Shown: positions 32,799-48,357 of the stretch, one piece after another
Numbering within the stretch: the first letter of the stretch is position 1
Layout of the letters: the number at the start of each line of letters is the position of its first letter
NCBI GenBank assembly: GCA_012295275.1
Contig: CM022676.1
Span: 3,782,001-3,846,000, forward strand
Source: Chrysomallon squamiferum
Lineage: Eukaryota > Animalia > Mollusca
DNA: 64,000 nt
Direction of reading: 5' to 3'
Made by a program: the position numbers and the translations under genes
The notes under the pieces: generated by a model
What the model was told of the DNA's origin: nothing
Database searches by the model: none
The model's input: the letters and a program-made list of their open reading frames with translations, nothing else

Positions 32799-34641
32799 GA
32801 AAATGGAGAAATTTTATGAACTCTCTGAACATATAAATGAAGATAACTTCATAATGACGGTATTGTTTACTTGTTTTTCTTGAAAATAATCACCATTTCA
32901 ACGAGAAAGATTTTACTAAAATATCTGTTATGAACCAGAAAGCAAACAATGAGCAAAATAAATAATTAATGTATATTTTTTCTTAATTACTACGAAATTA
33001 TTGATTAATTGCAAATCTATTTGTACCATAGAACAACGAACTCACACTCGTCATCTGTCCTAATTAGTAATCATGATTTTACTACAATACGATAATAATT
33101 AAACAGAATAAATAAACAAGATAATTTTGTTATTTTTGGAATTTATTTATATATTTATTTATTTGTTTGTTTTTATATTTATTAATATAGATAACATAAC
33201 CAGTTTGTTTCTTTGGTAACACAAACAGCTAATTTCTTTGGTAACATAAATAATACGTTTTGTGTAAATGCTGACAACATAAACAAAACAAATTTTCTGC
33301 GTTAAACGAGACTAACCACAAAGAACAGTTGTTCAGTAAGTGCAAAGAGCATACAAAAAAATTGGTCTATTGATATATTGTTCAATTACAGGAAACGTTC
33401 TAGTACAATTACTTAAGATCAAAGCAGATTATGATCGTTGTATTGTAAACTGAGTCATTTCTCATTGGTTGATTCATTCAAATAAACCGTTTAACACGTG
33501 GTATGTTTGTGATCAAAGAATCGATCTAAAATTAATTTTCTAATTAATACGAAACAGCGGAGACTGATTCAGTCTAAATTTGAGTTTATGATTAAACTGA
33601 CTCTGATCCTGATTACTTGTAAAGAAAGAATCTGCAAACATAGCACCAAAGATCCTCTCTTTCTGGAAGATTATAATCTTTGGAGAAACTGACTGATGTA
33701 CTCAACGTTATTTATCATAAATTTCTACGAAGTTGATTTGTAACTACTTTTGACGTAAGTTATATATGTAACATTGTGTTAAACTTCTGCGAGGTTAGTG
33801 TTTAAGAAGATTTAACGAAAGTATTATATTTAACATACTGTGCAATTTCAAGCTAGTTAATGTGTAAGTAATGTTTTGGTCTCTCCATCTCTCTATCTAT
33901 ATATGTATATAATGTATGTATGTATACATATATTGTTATATACATAACAACATCCATTGAATTTTCTACGAAGTTAATGTTTAAGTAGGTTTAAGGTAAG
34001 TCATATATTTCTGAAATTTCTATAATGTTAATGTTTAAATAGATTCAACATAAGTAATGTATATTTAATGTACAGTGAAATTTCTACGAAATTAATGTGT
34101 ATGTAGACTTAATAAAATAATATATTTATCACATTGTGAAATTTTTACGAGGTTAATAAACATAGAAAACAAGTAATATTATGTATAACAAACTAACATT
34201 CAGTTCAATTCGATATATTTAAATAAACACACGTAGGATAAATAATTTATATAATTTATATATGAGAAATTTCTACGAGGTTAACATCCAAATGAGATAC
34301 GGATATATGTCAAGTTTCAAATGATATTTCACTGGATGAAATTCAGTTAAACAAACAAGTGCAGTGTTTTTAATTGTATAATTTAAGTATTGTGCCTAGA
34401 TGATTGTGTGTTTCTCTAAATTAGGTTATTAGACAAAATTACAAGTAATATGTTCATACACACATACACGCACACACTCACATACGAATCTATTTCAGAA
34501 TTTTTGTTTTTAATTTTTTGTTTATTATTTGTACTGTTTTATTATATATATATGAAGGAAAAAGAAGAAACAGATCTTTTTTGGAGCAAACTTACTAACT
34601 GGGAGATTTGTTTTCATCACGTGAAGATTTGGGAAGTAAAA

Positions 34642-35966
34642 ATGATGGCCGTTATTTTCTTCTGTTTTCTGTTTGTAACTACTGTCACAGGTAAGAATAT
34701 TAGCTTTTTTCATAAACGTGTATTTGTTGTTTGTTATTATATACACTGATGAACTATTGTATTGTATAAGTGGATAGTAAAATAGTAAAACACACAATTA
34801 TTTTCTTAACTTATATTACGTATTTCATGTTTGTTGTTAATATTATAGGCAAATATATTGAATATTTCAACAAAAATATATTATCTAATTTTTGCTCGTT
34901 GTTATATCTGCAGGCACAATGAAGTATTGAATGTTGATTTTTTATATCTTTTAGTTTCTTTCCTTTGTTTCTTTGTTGTCAGTGTTATATATTCAGAAAT
35001 AATATCATGCAATTTCAACAAGGTTTTTATTTCATTTGTTATATCATATTAAATTATATTCAGATAAAAATATTATATAATAGAGACAGAAAAGGATGAA
35101 GACAAGTCAAAAAAACAAATACAAAAGCAAGCGATTAAAATAAATAAATAAATTACATAGAGCACAAAAAAAGAAACACAAAAACCATCTAAAAATATAG
35201 AAAAAAATAAACAAAACAAAACAAAAACAAAACAAAAACAAAACAAAGTAAAACATAACCAAAACCAGGAAACAAAGACTAACAAATATTTGTACTAATG
35301 TTCAAAGGATGTCTAGAAAAGGACAACAGTAGTCTTTTTATAAGCAGCTGACAGAGTATTATTAGAAAAATAATCGTCAAAGAGAATCGTTAAAGAAAAG
35401 AAAGGAAAAAGCCGTTGTCCAGTGAGAAAAGACAGATGACGTGTTAGATCAAACCGTAGAAGACAATAATCAATGAAAATACAGTTGTACTTTCAGAGTG
35501 GTTCATCATATTTCTTCTTTTAGATATACCAATCAATTTGACATTAAACTGGTCAATCATTGTCTATTCTGGAATTTACTCAGAACCAATGACACAAGAA
35601 GACATCTTTTTATTTGCAAACACGGAAATAAAATGGAAAGCATCATTACAAACTTGTGTTACCGAAAAATCTATAAGTCTATCAGTATCTGTCTTTTTGT
35701 GTCCCTCTGGATATCTGTATCTATGAACACGACTGACCACCAATCATTCTAGGCAAATTTTCACTCAGTAACTAACCCTTTTTTGAAATTCGAATATAAT
35801 ATTAAACATATACACACATATATATATAAGTGGCATAAGAGGTGATACATGGCTCTATTAATACTATTACTACCACTACTACTGCTGCTATTTTGCTATT
35901 AATGCTATTCTTCATCATTTTTTTCTTTATCTTCTTCTTCTTCTTCTTCTTCTTCTTCTTCTATTT

Positions 35967-36043
<77 letters not shown>

Positions 36044-36072
36044 TTATTTTATTTTTTTTATTTTATTATTAA

Positions 36073-36121
<49 letters not shown>

Positions 36122-37299
36122 TTATTATTATTATTATTATTTTATTATTATTATTATTATTTTATTTATTATTATTATTATTATTATTAAGGGTTGGAAA
36201 ACCTTGCAAAAGGTAAACCCGCAGAACAAAGTTCAACAGCTGGAGATGCTGTTGCCTCGAGAGCCGTGGACGGAAACACAAACCCCTATTTAGACGGCGG
36301 ATCTTGTTCATCTACTACTGCTGTACCGCCAATGTTGTGGAAAGTGGACCTAGGTCATGTTTATACTCTACACAGAATAAAAGTAACGACAAGTATGGAT
36401 GGTACGTTTTAACTTGGTTTATTACTTATACCATTTGAAGTAGTAATACTGCTGGTAGTATTACTACTACCACTACTACTAATAATTCTACTACCACTAT
36501 TGCTACTATACTTCTACCGTTTTTACTACACTACTACTACTACTAGAATTACTGATGATACTGCTACTACTCCTATTATCTATACTAGTTTTAGTTATTT
36601 TTTATTTTATTTTATTTTATTTTATTTCATTATAAGAATAATAGAATTTATGAATTATTTAAAAAAAAAAAAAAAGAACAAACAACCAAGAAATTAAACT
36701 CACACACACATACACACGTAGTTAAAATTTCGTTTGTTATTTATTTGCTTTCCCCCGTGTTATTACTAGGTCCCCGGATGTCTCACGTGACTGTACTAGC
36801 GTCTGTGGTGAACGTGCTTGGAACGTCTACGTCATTTCTCTACGTCAGCTCACTGCTGTCGCCTGGTTACGTCATAGACTACACTCTACGTCACACGCTC
36901 AGAGGCAGATACGTTTATGTGAGAATCATGGACAGTAGGGTTGTCGGAGCTCAAGTGAATCTTACTCTGTGCGAGGTGGAGGTTTACGGAACAAAAGATC
37001 GTACGTGTAGTATTACTATTGCAGATTACGAGATGCATAAGCGTATTTGTACGTGTGTGTGTGCGTGTGTGCCTGTGTGTGTCTGTCTCGAAGAGGGGAC
37101 GAGAACTAGTTACGTGTCTGAGTATTATCACAATTTTGAGCTTTGTGCGTATTGGTGATTGTGCTTGCATGAATGTGTTTCAGTAAATGAATGCGTGTTT
37201 GGTGCGTGAAGTGTTTATGTGTGTGCGTGCGGAAGTGCGTGCTTGATATGTGTAATTTGTATGATATGAACAATGTCTTCATTCTTCTTCTTCTTCGTC

Positions 37300-37336
<37 letters not shown>

Positions 37337-37364
37337 CGTCATCATCAATATTATTATTATTTAT

Positions 37365-37430
<66 letters not shown>

Positions 37431-37648
37431 TTACAGAATACTTTCGCCTGGACAACAAACGGGGTGCGTCTCAGAAGATATTAGGTCTTCAGGCAGCAAG
37501 TAAACCAGAATGTGCTCAGTGGTGTCTCTCGAAGGAAATATGTCGCTCGTTTCTCTGGAGTAAGACAACTAAAGAATGTTTGTTATACTCAAACAAACCT
37601 AGACAAACGTCAGCGACTGACAACTTTGTAGGTTTTGTGTCAGAATGA
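34642..37648 (+). CDS. Copy 6: secreted F-type lectin-like + PAN/Apple protein (~232 aa), longest exon 3
   Basis: Exons 34642/34645-34690, 36192-36401 (CSSTTAVPPMLWKVDLG), 36770-37000 (231 nt, GPRMSHVTVL...[29 protein letters not shown]), 37437-37648. Confidence 0.88.
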
Positions 37649-38155
37649 CTGCTATAAACTTGAAAAAAAATTGGCGTAAACTTTGACGTAAACGTTTACG
37701 TAAACTGTTGTCAGACGAATGTTTTAATTCTCACTTTTATTTATTTATTGATTTATTTACTTACTCGTTTATGTTCTTTTTAAAATGTCTTACGCCTGTG
37801 TTAAATGTAGTATTGAGTTTTTTCGTAGACAAATGTCTTGTCAGTTAAGCAATAGATGCTCTACGGGGGATTTGAGATATGGTCGTAACTAATGAGTTAT
37901 CAGTTGCTCTTAATGAGACCATCATAACTGTTATTTCTTCATGTACAGGAATCATCCTAAACTTCATGTAAAACATTAAAAATGATTTTAGTATTTTAAA
38001 TCTGAAAGAAAGAAATAAAAATTGGGAAAGACTGGTAGAAATGTAATTTGACAAAGTTTAATTCTATGAGATATCATTTATTTAGTTGTAAAAACAAACG
38101 ATTAAAATAGGATTAAGATATTACTTCTCTGACAACAATAAATAAATAAATAAAA

Positions 38156-38196
<41 letters not shown>

Positions 38197-39524
38197 AGAT
38201 GATGATGATGATAATAATAAATTAATAACTAAATCAATACATTATTAATTAATTAAGAACAACAACAACAGAAACAATAATAATAATAAATAAATAACAT
38301 ATTTTTTGCATTTTAATATAGCATCACTTATTTATCTTTATACATACTTAACTTGTTTTGAATAGAATAGAAAATTCAAATGTTCGTAATGACTAAACCA
38401 TAACTCTATTTGTGTTGTGTGTATATATATATATACTGCAAAACATATTTTAGTATTTTAATAATATCATTTATTTACCTTCAGTACAGACGTATCTTAT
38501 CATAAATAGAATAGAACGTTTAAGTGTTCTTAATGACAAAATAATAACTCTTCTTTTTTGTAAATATACAGTGGTCCTTTACTTCTAATGGAAAACTGAG
38601 TAATCTGTCATGTATTATGTTATTCTTTATCACGTAATCCTACAGTTTTAGAGAATAAATTCTTTGTCATTGTCATTATGTGAGTATTGTGATTTATTTG
38701 TTGTTATTTGTTAGAATGTGTCTAAGCTCTCTAGATTAAAATATTTGTCCTCTGCTTAGTTGAATAAAATACATTTTCGATTTTCTTTGTTTGTGTATTT
38801 ATTATTACTTTTATTATAATTCTTCTTCTTTTTCTTCTTATTATGTTTCTTTTTACGTTAAAAATGTAAATAATAAAAGATAAAATAAAATAAAAAAGAT
38901 TAATGATCGTAAAAAGTAAGTTTATTTCTCGTCAATTATAAAAAAAATAATAATAATAAAAAAAAAACCTTTATTCAGTCGAAATAAAAATAATTTTGCT
39001 GGCTGCGAAAAATATTCTTAATAGCATGGTTCAGCAAATGATATTTCCCAAGACCTTTATATACGTTTTACATCACGTGACTACAGTTTAGCTATTTATA
39101 GTAACACCGGCTGAAGATTTTCATAAAATCCGTTACACTTCTTCCAGTTTTATTAACTACAATGTAGCGATGACATTTTTGTACTTAGAGTAATAGACAT
39201 TTAACATCGATGAACTTTTGTGAAAATATTTTCTGATGTCTGTAACTCTCATTCAATAAATATTGATTATTGGACAGAAATCACGACATCATCGATTAGC
39301 ATTGTTCTAATTTCATTTCCTGTTTCCTGTTTCCTTATCTTTAACTTATTTAATTCCTGAAAATATCTTTGATGATTAAACGCTGATGACATTAATCATG
39401 CAGGAATCGATAAATCGATGTGTTGGAGAATGAAAGTGGACAGTCAAACAATATCGAAAATGTAGCTGATTATATAAACAATTTATATTGTAATTTATTT
39501 ATTTATTTATTTAATTATTATTTA

Positions 39525-39592
<68 letters not shown>

Positions 39593-41031
39593 GATTACAA
39601 ATTTGTTTTCATTTGGTTTACACTATCAAATTAGCAAAATAAGTTTCTTGTTAATAATTATTTTAGAATTGATAATACTATCACACTGTATGTTATTAAC
39701 AGGATAATCACTGTTTTAAAGATAATGATTTTACTAAAGTATCTTCTATGAAGCAGAAAGCAAACAATCAGCAAAATAAATAATTAATGTATATTTTTTC
39801 TTAATTACTACCAAAATTATTGATTAATTGTAAATCTGTTTATCATAGAACAAAGGAACTAATCTCTTCATCTTTCCTAATTAGTGATCATGATTTCACC
39901 ACTAATTATTTTACTACAATACGAGAATAATCAAACATAATAAATGATTGATGTCTTTGGTTTTTAATAGGGAAACTTGCATTTGGAAGGAGTAGCACTT
40001 TAGAGAACGAAAAAAATATAGAACTTTTAATTATTATTATTATTATTATTATTATTAAAGTTGTTGTTAATGTTATAATAGTAGTAGCAGCAGCAGCAGT
40101 AGTAGTAGTAGTAGTAGTAGTGTTAATATCAATAGACACAAAAAGGAAGAGTGTGCGAAAGAGTGAGAAAGCGAACAGAAAACAAAACAAAAGAAAAAAC
40201 GAAGAATAAAAATAGTCTTGTATTTTTAAACTGGTACATTTTCAGTATATCATTTTCCAAAAAAATAAAATAAAATAATAATAATAATAAATAAATAAAA
40301 AATACAGATAATCAAGTTTTTTTGGCCTTAATTCTCCCAAAGAAAAACTTATACCTGCAATGAAATGATATGTAAATGTAATCTCTGATAACTTTTAGTA
40401 CTACGTATTTCACATTTCATTATTTTCTTTCTTTATCAGACATTCATACTATCGACAGTTATCGATTTTAATGTACAGAAATGAATACGTTTAAAACCGT
40501 GATTAATCAGAGACAAAAACAGAAAATTTATAAAATAAATGATAACTTTAAAATTTTATTCAGTTTACATAGACAAACGTGCTATTGCTATAACCAGGAG
40601 ATAAAATAAATAAGAGAATTCAGTGACATTAATCCTATTTAACGTAAACAGACATTTTCTTTATTAAAATAAACTAGATAAAATAGTTTAATATAAAACG
40701 GTTTGTAAAGAAAGAATTGATCTGAAATTAATTTCATAATTAATACGAAACAGCGGAGATTGGGTGTAATTCTGAGTTTATAATTAAACTGTCTCTGCTC
40801 CTGATTACTCGTAAAGAAAGAATCTACTCACGATCCTCTCTGTCTGGAAGATAATAATCTGTGAACAAAATGACGTATATGCTTTCGGATCGAATCTTGC
40901 TGCGTTCCCTTTTCAATATTTTAACAAAAAGAACAGATAGTTACGTCATTTCATGTTAGGAAGTAACGAGAAAATATAACTGACGAAGAGATTGTATAAC
41001 ATAAGTAAAATAATGTTGCAAAAACTTTGAA

Positions 41032-42808
41032 ATGGCTGTCATTTTCTTGTATTTTTCTCTTGATAACAAGTGTCACAGGTAAGAATATTTGATTATCTCA
41101 TTAATGTGCATAGTGTATTTAAAGTGTATTCTCTGTTTTTTTTTTTTTTTTTTTGTTTTTTTTTTTCTTTTTGTTTTTTGTTTTTCCTGCCTTTTATTCT
41201 ATTTTTGTTTTCTCTTATTTTTTTCGTTTTCTATTCACATTTATTTTCAAAACAATATTTCCATTTCTTTAAACAAGGAACACGTGCCCGCCATTTAAAG
41301 TCAGAAACAGTCTGTAAGATTAATGTTCTGTTTCTTCTTATTATTATTCTTCTTTATTTATTTATTTATTTATTGTTTTTTGTTTTGTTAGGGTTGGAAA
41401 ACCTTGCAAAAGGTAAACCAACACAACAAAAATCAACAGCTGGAGATGCTGTTGCCTCGAGAGCCGTGGACGGGAAACACAAACCCCTATTTAGACGGCG
41501 GTTCTTGTTCTTCAACTCAGATCAATTCGGCGTCTTCGTGGCAAGTGGACCTAGGTCATGTTTATTCTGTAAACAGAATAAGAATAACAACAAGTACAAA
41601 ATGGTATCTTTTAACTTGTTTTAACATTTATTTGTTTTATTATTTGAGGAACTCACAGTGTAACTGCTATTTTTACTACTGCGACTACTACTACCAGCAA
41701 TACTGTACTGTAATTATTTCTCCTTCTTCTATTACTAGTACTAGTTCTACCATCACAACTACTATCACGATTACTATACACTATGTTCTTACTATTAATA
41801 GTTACAACAAGTAGTACTACTGTCAATACTACTACCTCTGTTAGATAATACAAATATCACAGTATTTCATATTGTTGTTCTTGTTGCTATTATTATTCGT
41901 ATCATCATCTTCTTCATTATTAACATATTTATGATTATTATCATTATCATTATTATCATTGTTGTTATTATTATTATTATCATTATCATTGCAGTTATTG
42001 TTGTTATTATTATTACTATTATTATTATCATTATTATTATTATTTTGTTGTCGATCTTATTATTTAGCGATGGTTCATTTTATTTTATATTCTTTATTTG
42101 TTTGTTTGTTTGTTTATTTTTATGACTACTGTTCTTATGTACCTGTTATTTGTTCATCATTTTAGGTCCTGTTATGTACGACATGTATATAGGATTGTCT
42201 ATCGAAACTGGAAAATCTACACTATTTTTGTTCCATGATTCAAATATTCCTGCTGGCGTCGTTGTGGACGCTTCGCGCTAATAGAACTAAGGGCAGATAC
42301 GTTATGATACACCTCCTTTCCAGAACTGTGTTTGAACTTCTCGTGAATCTTACGTTATGCGAGGTGGACATGTATGGAGCTAAAGAACGTAAGTATATTA
42401 GTGTTATTGGAAGTGTGGGGTTTTATCTGAACATCAATATCATATATATATATATATATATACGTTTATATGAATATTTTACTGTTGTGTATGTGTGTGT
42501 GTCTGTGGTGCGTGTGTCAATGTATCTGTGATGATGTTTATGTTTGTTTTATCAACCCATGGTTATTATTATTATTATTATTATTATTATTTTGCAGAAT
42601 ATTTTCGCCAGGATAACAGACGGGGTGCGTCATTGCAGTTATTACGTCATCAAACAAGAAGTAAACTAGACTGCGCACAATTGTGTCTCTCGAAGGAAAT
42701 ATGTAGCTCGTTTCTTTGGAGTTAGAAACTAAACAATGTTTGCTATACTCAGACAGACCTACAAATACGTCAGTAACTGACAACTTTCTAGGTTTTGTGT
42801 CAGGATGA
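41032..42808 (+). pseudogene. Copy 7: pseudogene of the F-type lectin-like + PAN family
   Basis: Exon 1 41032-41078 is 47 nt (+1). Exon 2 41392-41603 is 212 nt (extra G in gacgggaaac near 41473 and +1 near the donor). Exon 3 42166-42388 is 223 nt (frameshift near 42270, TAA TAG follow). Exon 4 42598-42808 has in-frame TAG at 42723-42725 and a 1-nt deletion. Confidence 0.88.
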
Positions 42809-43225
42809 CTGTTGTAAACTTTGAAAATAAACGTTGACGTACACTGTTCTCAGTTTTAATTTTAATTTTTATATATTTATTTTTATTTTTATTTATTTAC
42901 TCATTTATGTTATTTTTAAAATGTCTTACTGCTGTGTTAAATGCTGATGTCATTTTATTGTGCTAATATTAAAATGCTACTTTTGTTTTAATCTTCACGT
43001 TTGCACTATGCTGTTAACGTTTTACGTTATAGTATTGTATTAAATGTGATTAATGTATAGGATATATTGTGATTTACCCAAAATAATCAAACACATATAC
43101 ATGCACATTGTTTTGCGAAACCGTACGTTAGTCAAAAGAGCACTAGTGGCTATCAAAAGTAAAACAATATTAATATTTATTAACATTGGAGTTGCGCCAC
43201 CACTACCAGCAACAACAACCAGAAT

Positions 43226-43258
<33 letters not shown>

Positions 43259-43349
43259 AATAATAATAATAATAATAATAATGGAAAACGATTAATTTTA
43301 TTAAAGTAGACTTGTATGTAAGCAGAAAGCAAATAATTAGCAAAATCAG

Positions 43350-43391
<42 letters not shown>

Positions 43392-43537
43392 AATTACTAC
43401 AAAATTATTGATTTATTGGAAATCATAGAACAAAGGAACCAATATCTTCATCTTTCCTAATTAGTGATCATGATTTCCCCATTAATTAATTTAACGATAA
43501 TAATTAAACAGAATAAATAATTAATATCTTTGCTTCA

Positions 43538-43591
<54 letters not shown>

Positions 43592-44343
43592 AAAAATTGT
43601 ATGTAGATGATCAAAGTATTGACGTTAATCCTCTCAAACAAGAATATTTCAACTACAATGAAAGGAAAAGTAATCTCATTTTTAATATTATTTATTTCAT
43701 ATTTTTAAAATTTTCCTTCTTAGTCAGACATGCATTCAGTATATACGTTTATCAATCTTGATGCACAGAAATGAATATATTTTAGTATCTGTACAGTAAA
43801 TGGAGATATTGCATACAATAGGTTTACTGTTTATGTATTGTTATTGCAAAAATGTCTTAAGATTGAAGACACGAATACGATCTTCATGTTGTAAGCTACG
43901 GGTATTATGATTGGCTGTTTAGAAATAAATCACGTGGTACATTTCTCTGACCTACAAGAGTTTGACATAAAACAGTTTCCACGGAAAGAATAGATCTACA
44001 ATTAATGTCATCATTAAGACGAATAGAACGAATAGAACGAATAGAACGTTGAAAAAAATCTAAATCTGGGTCGATTATTAAATTTTTCTCTGCTTTTGTG
44101 ATTATTTGTAAAGAAAGAATCTACCCGCACTTCCCTCCTGGAAGATTATCATCTGTGAAGAAACGGACGTAGATGGACAATGTCTTTCCTGTCCGTGGAT
44201 TATCTCTCGCGACTTTTCCCCGTTTCAGTATTTGAACTGAAATAACGGAAAATCGAGAGATTTCGTGTGATGAAGTAACGAGAAAGTACAACTAACGAAG
44301 AGATCATAAAACCTGTGTCACAGAACCAAACACAAGCTCTGAA

Positions 44344-44941
44344 ATGGCTGTCATTTTCTTCTGTTTTCTCTTTTTAACTGCTACCACAGGTAAGAACATT
44401 TCATTATTCCATTAATGTGTGTGTATTTGTTGTTTGATATTAGTAGATATAACTATAGATATATTACTTGTTATTAGTAATAAATACAGGTGTATATTTA
44501 TAGTATCCGTTGTCTTATATGTTATGATAAATATTTAAAGTAATATACAATCCATTCTACATTAGTAATAAATCTATTCTGTTATTTGAATATTTATAGT
44601 TTATACAACTATAGATCTATTCTGTTACTTGTTATTAGTGATAAGTAAATCCCTATGGTACATACAACTACAAAACTGTTGTATTATTTAACTGACATGT
44701 AAAATCTATGCTAATACATCCAGGTAAGAAATGAATATAATTTCATTAATCTGTATTTTCTTTTCTTTTCTTTTTGAGGTTTATTTTTTTAAAATATAAG
44801 TGTAGAGATATTGTATTACGTAATTAATATATTTTTGCTTGTTGACATTTTAATAATAAATGCAGTTCTGATTGTATCACAATTTCATTAATATATAGTC
44901 TCCTTTATTGTTGATGTCTTGGGGGATTTTTTTGTCTTCTT

Positions 44942-44972
<31 letters not shown>

Positions 44973-45778
44973 TTATTATTATTATTATTATTTAAGGGAT
45001 GGAAAATCTTGCAAAAGGAAAACCCGCTACACAGACAATACAATATGGAGATGCTGTTGCCTCGAGAGCCGTGGACGGAAACACAAACCCCTATTTAAAC
45101 GGCAGTTCTTGTTCATCCACTACTGGCAGATTTATATCCTGGTGGAAACTGGACCTCGGTCGTGTTTATTCTATTTACAGAATAAAAATAACAACAAGTG
45201 AAGAAGACGGTATGTGTTAACTTTTCTTGTTCTTACTGTTATTACTGTACGTTCTATCACTATCACTGTTATTACTACTACGGCTACTACCATCATCATC
45301 ACCACTACACTGTTACTACTACTACAACTACTGTTACTACTGCCACAGTTATTAACTGTAACTACTACCACTACTACTGCTGTTACAGATACTACTACCA
45401 CTACTACTCCTACCACCATATCACTACTTCCACCATAAACCAGTATTACTAATAATATATCTACTGATACTACTACATCTACTAATTATAATTGTTATTA
45501 ATATTAATATTATCCTCAGTATTACTGCTAATTATTTCACAATTATCACTACTGCTACTAACGATAATCTACTCTTATTGCTATTATTGATTTCACTGCT
45601 GCTGTTAGCCTTATTCTGTCGTTTCTTTTACTACAGCTACTGATAGTACTTATACCACTACTATAGTTCCTATTACTACCATTATGGTTGCTCTTTTATG
45701 TTATTATTATTACTATTAATTAATTAATAATGATGATGATGCTAATATTAATAATATTAGTACTATTATGATAATTAC

Positions 45779-45824
<46 letters not shown>

Positions 45825-45966
45825 ATTATGATCATAACCATCATCATTATCAATATCATTACAATTATTATTATTATTATTATCATCATTATTATTATTA
45901 TTGTTATCATTATTATCATTATTATTATCATTATCATTATTATTATCATTATCATTATTATTATTA

Positions 45967-46000
<34 letters not shown>

Positions 46001-47043
46001 CATCATCATCATCATCATTATTCTTTATGAGTTTATTAATCTACCCAGTGTCAATAATGATAAAACACGCTGTTTTTCCTTTGCTCAGATTCAGGACCCA
46101 GGACGACTACGATGTCTGTACAGTTGTCAGTCGGGGTAGGAAGGGCGACATTGTTCGTACTTCATCGTTTACCGAGTCTTGTTGGCCACGTCATGGACAA
46201 CGTTCGCCCTGAGAGAATCAGAGGCAGATACCTGACTATAGTCCTTAAAAACAAGGATCGCAGATATCGAAGAAATCTCACTTTGTGCGAGGTGGAAGTG
46301 TATGGTGCAGACGAACGTGCGTGTATTAGAACCGTTGACATCAGCGATAATGTGTCCGTGTATGTGATGGTGTGGATGTATGTATGTATGTATATATAGT
46401 ATGCATGTATATATGTGTGTGTGTGTGTATGTAGCTATCTACGTATATAGAGGATTTTGAATATTCTCTGTCATATATACGTCTGATTAGACTCTGCACA
46501 TAGACAGTATTCAGAAACGCACTGATACAGAATGACAAAGTGCAGTCACAACCTCGTCACACACGTCATCAAACACGTTACCGTCGGCCTTCAAGACAAC
46601 TTGACGTATGTACGTATGTGAGTTTGTGTTTGTCTGTGTGTCTGTCTGTGCATAGATAGGTATATGTGTATGTGTATATATGTTTATGCATACAGATAGA
46701 TAAATATATATAACTGTGGATGCATCCGATTGCTGAGTTTTTGTGCGCGTATGTATCAATATAATTATTGTTATTGTTATCATTATCATAATTAAACCAT
46801 TATTATTATTATTATTATTATTCTTTTGCAGAATTCTTTCGTCTGGACAACAAACGGGGTGCGTCACTGGAGATATTACGTCATCAAACAAGAAGTCAAC
46901 TAGAATGTGCTCAGTCGTGTCTCTCGAAGGAAATATGTCTCTCGTTTGTTCGGAGTATGAGGACTAAGGAATGTGTTTTATACTCAGACAAACCTACATC
47001 AACTTCATCGACTGGCGACTTTGTAGGTTTTATGTCAGAATAA
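44344..47043 (+). CDS. Copy 8: secreted F-type lectin-like + PAN/Apple protein (~230 aa)
   Basis: Exons 44344-44389, 44997-45209 (213 nt), 46095-46316 (alternative in-frame acceptor at 46089), 46832-47043 (ends TAA); open frame. Confidence 0.87.
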
Positions 47044-48357
47044 CGTTAAACGTTGACGTAAACTGTCGGTAATGATTGTCGCCAGCTTAATGTTTTAAAT
47101 GTTGACGTCATTACATTGTCCAAATTTCGTTAAAATGTATGTCACAGTAGGATATTAAATCTTGACGTCGTATTATTGTGTTAAATTTTGACGTCATTCT
47201 ATAGTGCTAATTCTAAATATAGACATATCTACAACAGTTGTAATAATAATAAGAAGAAGAACACAGATAGAGAGAGAAAATAGAAAGTTTGCGAAAGAGT
47301 TAGAAAGTGAAAGAAAAAGAAAGCTGAATAAAGATAGTCTTGGGTTTTTGAACTGGTACTTTGTCAATATGTTGTTTTTTACAAAAATATATATAGTTAA
47401 TCAATTTTTTGCCATAATCCTCTCAAAGAAAAAGCTTATAACTGCAATGAAATGATGTGTAAAAGTAACCTCTGATAATTTTCAGTATTATGTATTTCAT
47501 ATTTTTTATTATTTTCTTTCTTTACCAGACCCGTATGCTATTGGCAGTTATCGATTTTCATCCACTGAAATGAATATGTTTAATATCGCGATTAATCAGA
47601 GCCAAAAACAGACAGCAGAAAAGTAGAAACCAGATGATAACTGCAAAAGTTTGTTGAATTTACTTGCACAAAAGTGTTACTTCTATAACCACGAGTTAAA
47701 ACGAATACATTTTTTTTTTTTTTTTTGATGTAGAGTATTCAGCTATGATTTCTTAAGATTATAGACATGAATACAATCGTTATGTTGCTAATTGCGTTAC
47801 TCTCATTGGCTCTTTCAAAATAAATCAGGTGATTCATTTCTGATAACTAAAAGAGTTGAATGCGAAACGATTTGCTGAGAAAGAATCGATCTGAAATTAA
47901 TTAGTACGAAACAGCGGAGATTAATTCAGTATAAATATGAACTTATAATTAAATTTTCTCTGCTCCTGGTCACTTCTAAAGAAAGAATCTAAACTCAAAG
48001 CAAGAAATATCCGCTCTTTGTGGAAGATAGTAATCTGTGAACAAACCAACGTATATGGACAATGTTTTTTTCTGTTCATTGAACGAATCTTGCAGTTTAT
48101 ATACCTTTAACGAAAGCAATGAATGCTTAATGACATTTCGTGTTAGGATATAAACAGTGAATGTAATGTAACTGGCGGAGAAATTATCTGGCATAAATAA
48201 GTTAATATAACATAATTTCTGTGACGTTAATGTGACAAAACTTAACTGACTGTGTTTCTCACTAGACTGGGTAAATAAAAACACCCAGAATTTAATAATG
48301 TAAGTTTTACAAACACAACTGAATGTTCCTGGACGTGTGTAAAAAAAAGTCAAAATA

